Part shown: piece by piece, positions 50,979-57,822 of the stretch
How the letters are laid out: every line of letters starts with the position of its first letter
Numbering within the stretch: position 1 is the stretch's first letter
NCBI GenBank assembly: GCA_963843575.1
Contig: CAWJKZ010000013.1
Span: forward strand, 224,001 to 288,000
Reading direction: 5' to 3'
Length of the DNA: 64,000 nt
Origin: an uncultured Acidobacteriota bacterium
GTDB lineage: Bacteria; Acidobacteriota; UBA6911
The notes under the pieces: generated by a model
Seen by the model: only the letters and a program-made list of their open reading frames with translations
What the model was told of the DNA's origin: nothing
Database searches by the model: none
Made by a program: the position numbers and the translations under genes

Positions 50979-52932
50979 CCTCTCCATCGTCGCGGACTGC
51001 AATCTGAATTGCCCGTACTGCTTTTCACGGTCCGCCTACCGCGGGGAGGCTGCCGTGCGCAGTATGCCGGCGCGCCGTTTCGATCTCATGCTGGAAATCC
51101 TGGTTCGGTCGGGACAGGACCGGGTGCGTCTGTTGGGCGGGGAGCCCACGCTTCATGCCGAGTTCCCCTCGCTCGCGGGCCAGGTGGTTGCCCGAGGCCT
51201 CGGTTTGCTCGTCTTTTCAAACGGATCGATCCCCGAATCCTCGCTGCGGGTTCTCGAGGAAATCCCCGGCCTGAGCGTCATGGTCAACATCGCGGCGACC
51301 ATGGGGCAGAACGGCGAGTTGCCGCCGCGCCAGCGCGAGGTACTCGGACGACTGCGCGCCCGTGTGTCCCTGGCTTTCACGATCTGCTCTCCCAACCCGC
51401 CGCTCGATCGCCTGCTGAACCTGGTCGAGGAATACGGGCTGGACAAGAGCGTCTGCCTGGGCCTGGCTCACGCCTGTCTCGCCGGTGGCAACAGGTTCCT
51501 CGATCCCATGCATTATCCGCGCGTGGGCGAGCAGATCGTCCTGTTCGCCCTTCGTGCGCGCCAGGAACGGGTGGCGCTCAATTTCGACTGCGGCTTCGTG
51601 CCCTGCATGTTTCCCTCTGAGAGCCGTGAAGTACTGGGCAAAGCTTTGGAGGAGATCGGAACCCATTGCGGCCCGATCCCCGATATCCTGCCCGATGGGG
51701 ACGCCGTCGCGTGCTATCCGCTTGCCCCTCTCGGCCGGCTGCCCGTCTCGCGCGAAACCACCACCGGAGACCTGAGGAAGGCCTTCGCACCTGTTCTGGA
51801 ACCTTACCGGCAGGTGGGCATATACCGGAAGTGCTCCGCGTGTGACTGGTCGAGAGAGGGAAAGTGCGCGGGAGGCTGTCTGGCCGACGCGATGAGACGT
51901 CTGCGCCAAGGCGGGACGGTATTCCAGGTCCCGGCACCTGCCAGAGACCGGATCACCACCTCTCGCGGCGGCGACCCGACGGCTCCGGACGCCACGGATG
52001 GTTCCGAAACCACAGCACGGGCAAAGTGGGTGGTCCCCTACATCGATCAGCCCCTCTCGTTCTGGGATGAGATCGCTCAGGATTTCCGGGACGACATCAA
52101 GGAAGTCTATTTCCCCCTTCCGGGCGACCTGCTGGGTTCGGGGCGGCCTCCGCAGCCCGCACGGCATCTGGAGGATTTCCTCGCTCGCTCGCTCCTGGGC
52201 CGCTCGGTGCTGATAAACCCCATAACCCTGCCCGGGCCGGTGGGGCAGCTCGCCCCGGCCATAATCGAACGACTTCGCGAACTCACCGGGCGATTTCAGG
52301 TGTCCAGTGTTACCGTCTCGAATCCCGAACTGGCCGAGCGGATCCGCGAGGCTCTCCCCGGCCTCTCGATCACCGCATCCGTCCTGATGGACATCGCTCA
52401 TCCAAGACAGGTCCTGATGCTGCACGGCGTTCTGGATGGACTGGTGCCATCGGGCCGGATCATGCGAAATCTCCCGGCCCTGCGCGAACTCCGCGCGGCT
52501 TTTCGAGGCCGCATCCGGCTGATCGTCAACGAGTCGTGCATTCCGGATTGTCCGTATCGCACACAGCATTTTTACGAGATGGCGCGCTGCCGCGTCGTCC
52601 CTCCGGGGACGCCCTGCGCCGCGTTGCTGGAGAGGACTCCCTGGCTTCGACTCACCGGCACCTGGGTCCTGCCGCAGCACCTGCACTTCTACCGGGGGGT
52701 CTACGACGAGTTGAAACTGGCAGGAAGGGTCACGCTGCGCAACCCCGGCGACTACGTGCGTGTCCTGCGCGCGTACACCCGTGGAGATCCCCTCTCCCCG
52801 CACGAAATCGGCGGAGGTCCGGCATCGGTGCTGGACAAGATGCTTGTCAGCGAGGCTCTTTTTGCCCAGACCCTGAGTTGTTCGAAACAGTGCCACGACT
52901 GTCGGATTTGCCGTGACTACTATGATCGGTAA
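50971..52932 (+). CDS. Radical SAM/SPASM-like domain fused to a U32 'peptidase' family domain
   Basis: CNLNCPYC, LLGGEPT, CGP..ACYP..CSAC...CAGGC; from ~52021 VTVSNP.L, ITASV, IMRNL, LIVNESCIPDCPYR..H, LKLAGR, CSKQCHDCRIC. Confidence 0.85.
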   Translation: MTNLSIVADCNLNCPYCFSRSAYRGEAAVRSMPARRFDLMLEILVRSGQDRVRLLGGEPTLHAEFPSLAGQVVARGLGLLVFSNGSIPESSLRVLEEIPGLSVMVNIAATMGQNGELPPRQREVLGRLRARVSLAFTICSPNPPLDRLLNLVEEYGLDKSVCLGLAHACLAGGNRFLDPMHYPRVGEQIVLFALRARQERVALNFDCGFVPCMFPSESREVLGKALEEIGTHCGPIPDILPDGDAVACYPLAPLGRLPVSRETTTGDLRKAFAPVLEPYRQVGIYRKCSACDWSREGKCAGGCLADAMRRLRQGGTVFQVPAPARDRITTSRGGDPTAPDATDGSETTARAKWVVPYIDQPLSFWDEIAQDFRDDIKEVYFPLPGDLLGSGRPPQPARHLEDFLARSLLGRSVLINPITLPGPVGQLAPAIIERLRELTGRFQVSSVTVSNPELAERIREALPGLSITASVLMDIAHPRQVLMLHGVLDGLVPSGRIMRNLPALRELRAAFRGRIRLIVNESCIPDCPYRTQHFYEMARCRVVPPGTPCAALLERTPWLRLTGTWVLPQHLHFYRGVYDELKLAGRVTLRNPGDYVRVLRAYTRGDPLSPHEIGGGPASVLDKMLVSEALFAQTLSCSKQCHDCRICRDYYDR

Positions 52933-52936
52933 CCCC

Positions 52937-55684
52937 ATGGAAGAGGCGGAGCGGATACACCCGACCCTGCCTATATTCCTGGTGAACGCGGGCGAACGCC
53001 CCGTCATATACACTCCAGGACACCTGGCCGTGATCGGTCACCGGGACGCACACATGCTCCGCCGGGCGTGGGGAAACGGCGAGCCCCCTCCGGACAACTC
53101 GGTTGCCTTCGCCGTTGTCCCGTGGATCGAGATGCGGTCTTGTGAAGCCTGGTCCGAATGGGAGCGGCTGCTGAACGAACCTTTCGCCCCGGAGTGCCTG
53201 ACCATTTATCCGGGGAATCAATGCAACCTTGCCTGCCCATATTGCTACGCGGGGGGCGCGGCCGGCCGGCAAGCGGGCCGCACGATCGCCCCGGCCGCGG
53301 TTGAGTCCGCGGCCCGGCTCGTCGCAAGGAACTGCGCCGACAAGCGCAAGGCATTTCAACTCGTTCTCCACGGCGGGGGCGAGCCGACGCTTCACTGGGA
53401 CCTGGTCGAGAGGATAGTCCTGATCACACGCCGCGTCGCGGACGAGATCGGTGCCGAGTGGCTGGGGTATATCGCGACCAATGGGGTGCTTTCGGAGACC
53501 AGGGCGATCTGGCTCGCGCGGAATTTCACGGTCGGGCTTTCGTGCGACGGTCCACCGGAAATTCAGGACCGGCAACGGCCTCTGGCGGACGGGTCCCCGT
53601 CATCCGGCGTCGTGGAACGCACGGCCCGTCTCGTCGTGGACACCGGTGGGCGCCTCGAGGTGCGCGCGACCATAACGCCGGCTGCGATTCCCCGTCAACG
53701 CGAGATAGTCGAATACCTGCACCACAAGTTGGGAACCCGGCACATGCATTTCGAGCCGCTGTACCGCGCGTGGACGGCTGGGAGCGACGGGGCGTTCTCG
53801 TTGGATGACGTCGAGCCGTTTGCAGAGCACTTCCGCGCCGCCCAGGACGCCGCCAAAAGCCTGGGGGCCGAGCTTTTCCTGTCGGGTGTGCGGGTGCACG
53901 AGATCCACGGCCCGTATTGCGATTTAATCCGGCAGGTGTTGCGGCTCACCCCAGACGGCACCGCCACCGCCTGCTTTCTCGACACCGGCGGCGATGCCGG
54001 ACCGGAACGCGCGTGCAGGATCGGTGCGATGGACGAATCCACCGGCGAGTTCCTCCTGGACCGCGAGAGGATTGCACTGCACCGAATGGCTGTCGGGCGG
54101 ATCCCGCCGGGCTGCCACGGATGCCCGAATGTTTTCCACTGTGCCCGCGACTGCCCCGAGACCTGTTACGCCCGGGCGCAGGACGAACTCGGGTCTGCCG
54201 CTGGGGACGCGCCGGGCGGCCGCCGGGGTGTTCGTTGCCGGATAGCACAGCGCCTGTTCCTTTCGTGGATCCGGGATGCGGCCTTCGGCACCCGCGCATC
54301 GTCCACCGCCGAGTCGCGGGCGCGTTTCTCCACCCACGGGTGGACCACGTTGCTGTCCCAGTTGCAGCGCGCCGCTCCACGCATCGACGCGGACGCGATC
54401 GCTAGGCAATGGAGCGCATTGGGGCGGGGATATCGGGTCGGTGAACGCCGGCCGCCCATGCCGATATGGGCGAAGAGGGGTTTCGAGGACGGGGGGCCCG
54501 AGGCATGGCGCAAATTGGACGCGCAAAACAGCAACGCAACGGAAACCGCCCCTCTCTCGATATATGTACACATTCCCTTCTGCGACCGAAGGTGCGGCTA
54601 TTGCGATTGCCGCTCCGTCCTCATGCCCCGGCGCAATAGAATCGAAGAATCGTCCTACTGTCGTGTCCTGCTGGAGGAAATCGAGGCCTGGTCGAAAAAC
54701 GAACATCTATCCAGGCGGCCAGTGACGACCGTCCACTTCGGCGGCGGCACGCCGAACTATCTCGGCTTCGATCTCTTTGACCGGATCGTCGACGAGCTGC
54801 GGAGGCGTTTCAACACCGTTCGCGAAACGGAGTGGGCGCTCGAAACCACCGGATCGCTCCTGACCCGTGCGCACCTGGCACAGCTGAAGGATGCGGGTTT
54901 CACCCGGCTCCACGTGGGGGTGCAGACGCTGGAAGACGGACTGCGCCGTGCCATTGGGAGACGACAAAGCGGAGCGGGCATACTCGAGGGAATCGCCCTG
55001 GCCATCGAAATGGGTTTCGTGTCGTCGGTCGACGTCATCTACGGTCTCCCGGGCCAGGAACTACCTGGGTTCCTTGACTCCCTGGTGCGGCTCGCCGAGA
55101 GCGGCGCCCAGGGTTTCTCGCTCTACCGGCTGAACGTCTCGGCGCGGAACCTCCGGTTCATTCAGAAACGGATGACGCGGGGACGGGATCCTCTCCACGA
55201 TTACGCCCTTCTGCAGGCCGGTGAACAGCTGTTGCGCGCATCCGGGTACCGGAAGAACCATTTCACGCACTATGCCCTGGCGGCGGACCGGAACTTGTAT
55301 TTCACGCACCCGCAACGCGGGGAAGACCTCCTGGCGCTGGGCGCGAGCGCGGACGGGTTTTTCGGCCACTATCACTACAGGCACATGGATTACAGCGGCT
55401 ACGTCGGCCCCGGGGCCGGGGTTTTTTGCAGTTTGCAGGGGGGATTGCCGGAGACCGAGCGGGAGAAGAGGATTCGACCCGTCACGGCCTCACTGATGGG
55501 AGCCGGCATCAAGGCCGACTTGCTGCGGCGGTTCGGGCTGCAGGACCTGCTCGAGGAATGGAAGGAGTCCGCCCTGCTCGAGCCGGGTTCCGATCCCGGC
55601 ACCTTTGCCCTCACAGCCAACGGCTCGTGGTTTATCGATCGGATGATCGATGACGCGGAGTCTGTCCCGGTTTCCGGGGGCTGA
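52937..55684 (+). CDS. Double radical SAM protein: rSAM/SPASM fused to HemN-like (class C) rSAM
   Basis: CNLACPYC (53222) with CHGCPNVFHCARDC; second domain YVHIPFCDRRCGYC (54581), HFGGGTP, GVQT, DVIYGLPGQ, ALGASA. Confidence 0.9.
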   Translation: MEEAERIHPTLPIFLVNAGERPVIYTPGHLAVIGHRDAHMLRRAWGNGEPPPDNSVAFAVVPWIEMRSCEAWSEWERLLNEPFAPECLTIYPGNQCNLACPYCYAGGAAGRQAGRTIAPAAVESAARLVARNCADKRKAFQLVLHGGGEPTLHWDLVERIVLITRRVADEIGAEWLGYIATNGVLSETRAIWLARNFTVGLSCDGPPEIQDRQRPLADGSPSSGVVERTARLVVDTGGRLEVRATITPAAIPRQREIVEYLHHKLGTRHMHFEPLYRAWTAGSDGAFSLDDVEPFAEHFRAAQDAAKSLGAELFLSGVRVHEIHGPYCDLIRQVLRLTPDGTATACFLDTGGDAGPERACRIGAMDESTGEFLLDRERIALHRMAVGRIPPGCHGCPNVFHCARDCPETCYARAQDELGSAAGDAPGGRRGVRCRIAQRLFLSWIRDAAFGTRASSTAESRARFSTHGWTTLLSQLQRAAPRIDADAIARQWSALGRGYRVGERRPPMPIWAKRGFEDGGPEAWRKLDAQNSNATETAPLSIYVHIPFCDRRCGYCDCRSVLMPRRNRIEESSYCRVLLEEIEAWSKNEHLSRRPVTTVHFGGGTPNYLGFDLFDRIVDELRRRFNTVRETEWALETTGSLLTRAHLAQLKDAGFTRLHVGVQTLEDGLRRAIGRRQSGAGILEGIALAIEMGFVSSVDVIYGLPGQELPGFLDSLVRLAESGAQGFSLYRLNVSARNLRFIQKRMTRGRDPLHDYALLQAGEQLLRASGYRKNHFTHYALAADRNLYFTHPQRGEDLLALGASADGFFGHYHYRHMDYSGYVGPGAGVFCSLQGGLPETEREKRIRPVTASLMGAGIKADLLRRFGLQDLLEEWKESALLEPGSDPGTFALTANGSWFIDRMIDDAESVPVSGG

Positions 55685-55717
55685 GGTGCCCGGGGACGCT
55701 CGCGCGTCGTTCGCCCG

Positions 55718-56878
55718 CTATATCGTTTCGCAGCGCACCCATTTCCCCGGATCCCGGATGGAAAGCGGCGCTGTCCTCGCCAGCCTCACTATCGTGTGCC
55801 CCGGGTGCTTGCGGCGCACTTCCGCGAGTGTATCCGGGTGGAATAAGAAGTAATCCCGCGCATCCCTGAAGGCGCAGCAACTTTCCAGCAATCCCTCGTC
55901 CAGAAATTTCTCGTGCTCGGATTGCACGACGGGCGCGAGGCTGCGGCGCCGGCCTCGCAGCTGCCTCAGCTTGCTCTGCAGCGAGCAGTCGTTTACCGAA
56001 ATGCCCAGTTCGTCGTCCTGGACCCGCCGCATCACCTCAAAGGTCAGAGCACGGCTGTCTCGGGAGATGCTGCCACGGTGGCCGTCCGGGGTGACAAAGT
56101 CCCTCCGGGGCCCGGGCAGCGCGGCCGATCTGCTGCCTGCCTCGAACATCAGTTCGTGGAGGTTCAGGAACCTCACCCCCGCCGCGCTCCAGGGCGCCAG
56201 GCAGCCGAGGAGCTTTTCCGCGTGCTCGGGTATCGCCGGGATCTCCACGGTCACATTGGGAATGAGCGAGCCCGCGGTCGCCAGGTTTCGCATGACGCCC
56301 GGGTGGTCGTACCCGGTGGCGGCCATGTTGAAGCGGATCTCGTCGATGCCGAGTTCTCCCAGATACCGGAGCTTCCCTGCATCGGCGCGGAGTCCGTTCG
56401 TGTAGACCCAGAAATATTTCTCGGGATAGCGGGTCTTGAACCAGGCGACCCAGTCGAACAGCCCCTCCGGGTCCGCCAACGGCTCGCCGCCGGAAAAGCT
56501 GATCCCGGTAATACGGGTGCGGGCGTGATTTCCCGCGATCTGTTCGGGGGTCTCGCCGAATGCCGAACCGCGGTAGTCCTTCCGGAGATCCCGCGGGCTG
56601 CAACAGAAGGGACACTCGAGGTTGCAGCTTGTGCTCGTGAATATGCAGTCCCAGGTGCCTTCTTTGCAGGCCTCGCACCCGGGCGACAGCTCGCCCACGT
56701 GAAGGGTCTCCCCCTGCGCCGCGATCCGAACTCCAGGGATGTCCCTGGCGGCTCCGGCCACCTGTTCGTCCCAGGTCTGCCGAAGATCGTCGAAGCCGGT
56801 TTTATCGTGATTCCGAGAATGCAGCTGCCGCTGCACGGTCTCCAGAAACGGGGGCGAAGTTCTATCCTGGATCGACAT
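55718..56878 (-). CDS. Radical SAM protein without SPASM, with an extra N-terminal CxxC
   Basis: LSPGCEAC..WDC...CNLECPFC, SFSGGEP, YTNG, DEIRFN, VEIPAIP, FLNLHEL. Confidence 0.9.
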   Translation of the reverse strand: MSIQDRTSPPFLETVQRQLHSRNHDKTGFDDLRQTWDEQVAGAARDIPGVRIAAQGETLHVGELSPGCEACKEGTWDCIFTSTSCNLECPFCCSPRDLRKDYRGSAFGETPEQIAGNHARTRITGISFSGGEPLADPEGLFDWVAWFKTRYPEKYFWVYTNGLRADAGKLRYLGELGIDEIRFNMAATGYDHPGVMRNLATAGSLIPNVTVEIPAIPEHAEKLLGCLAPWSAAGVRFLNLHELMFEAGSRSAALPGPRRDFVTPDGHRGSISRDSRALTFEVMRRVQDDELGISVNDCSLQSKLRQLRGRRRSLAPVVQSEHEKFLDEGLLESCCAFRDARDYFLFHPDTLAEVRRKHPGHTIVRLARTAPLSIRDPGKWVRCETI

Positions 56879-56973
56879 AGGACGCGTGGTTCACCGGTAT
56901 GGGTCCCAGGAGTGCCGATGGGCCGGGCGCCCGCCACCTGCCGCAGCCCTGGTCTCCGGACGGCTTGCAGTCC

Positions 56974-57408
56974 TCAGGCTGGGTGATTGGACAGAGCGGC
57001 CCGCGCGCCGGTTTTCGCGAGGCTGTAGCAGGGGGTCATGCGGGCGATCTTCAGGTATCCCTGGCTTACCAGTGCCTCGACAAACTCGGTTACGTCGGCG
57101 GCGACAACCTCGTGTCCGAGGCTGAAATGCCGGCAGAGGATTTCCGCCACCCCATGGCAGTTCCTCCTGCCGTCGATCGCGTGCCAGATCGCGGCACCCG
57201 CTTCGTTCAGCGAGATGGACTCGCCCGAGCAGCTGGTGAGCACGGTCTCCCCTGCGACAACGGTGATGCGGACCTTGCCCGCGTGCACCGGCACCGGCGA
57301 TTTCTCCACCGGCAGAGGTCTTTCCCCGGCCGTCGCAGTTCGCGGTGCGGACAAAGCGGATCCGGCGGCGGACATCATTGCTGAAACGATGAAATGTCTG
57401 CGATTCAT
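56974..57408 (-). CDS. PqqD/RRE family protein with twin-arginine signal peptide
   Basis: GAGG SD; MNRRHFIV...ATA signal; LNEAGAAIWHAIDGRR...AEILCRHF...AADVTEFVEALVSQGYL PqqD pattern. Confidence 0.85.
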   Translation of the reverse strand: MNRRHFIVSAMMSAAGSALSAPRTATAGERPLPVEKSPVPVHAGKVRITVVAGETVLTSCSGESISLNEAGAAIWHAIDGRRNCHGVAEILCRHFSLGHEVVAADVTEFVEALVSQGYLKIARMTPCYSLAKTGARAALSNHPA

Positions 57409-57450
57409 GATCGGTGCCTCGCGAGCAAGTCCGGATCCCAGGATTCGCTC

Positions 57451-57777
57451 CTAGTTGGGATACCAGTAATGAGAATCCGACCCGCAACCGACGTACGAAA
57501 CGCACGAGCATTCCGTGTCGCAGGTGCAGACCTGGTTGCAAGTGCAGACCTGGTTGCACGTGCAGGTGGTTTCGCCCACCGCGTGACAGGCGCAGACGGA
57601 GTCACAGCAGCACTGGCCCGAGGCCTCCTGTGCCGGCGTCGGGGCGGCCTGGCGTTTGAACCCCGGTTTCTGATAACTTTCCTGCCCCCCGAGCTTAACC
57701 AGTCGGTAAAGTTGCGGCTCTTCCCCGCCCGGTTCCGGGGTGCGCTTCAGTCGGAACCGATTGTTTTTTTCTTCCAT
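57451..57777 (-). CDS. Cys-rich RiPP-like precursor peptide (108 aa; CxCxxx repeats, HYWYPN terminus)
   Basis: GAAGG SD before ATG 57777; charged Cys-free leader; core CCCDSVCACHAVGETTCTCNQVCTCNQVCTCDTECSCVSYVGCGSDSHYWYPN with 14 Cys. Confidence 0.85.
   Translation of the reverse strand: MEEKNNRFRLKRTPEPGGEEPQLYRLVKLGGQESYQKPGFKRQAAPTPAQEASGQCCCDSVCACHAVGETTCTCNQVCTCNQVCTCDTECSCVSYVGCGSDSHYWYPN
57524..57565. repeat. 18-bp tandem repeat encoding CTCNQV units
   Basis: GTGCAGACCTGGTTGCA-A-GTGCAGACCTGGTTGCA-C-GTGCAG. Confidence 0.9.
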
Positions 57778-57822
57778 GGAATGACCTTCGTATGAATTCC
57801 GTCCGCCGATTGGCGACACGAC

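Noticed and set aside
54450-55684. Housekeeping hemN/hemW
   Set aside because: Fused to a SPASM rSAM inside a peptide-modification operon, with no heme biosynthesis genes nearby.
50679-57408. PQQ or mycofactocin biosynthesis locus
   Set aside because: No PqqB/PqqC or Mft genes, and the precursor lacks the PqqA ExxxY and MftA IDGxCGVY motifs.
57524-57565. 18-bp direct repeats as a CRISPR array
   Set aside because: Tandem with no spacers, in frame within a coding sequence, and no cas genes in the window.
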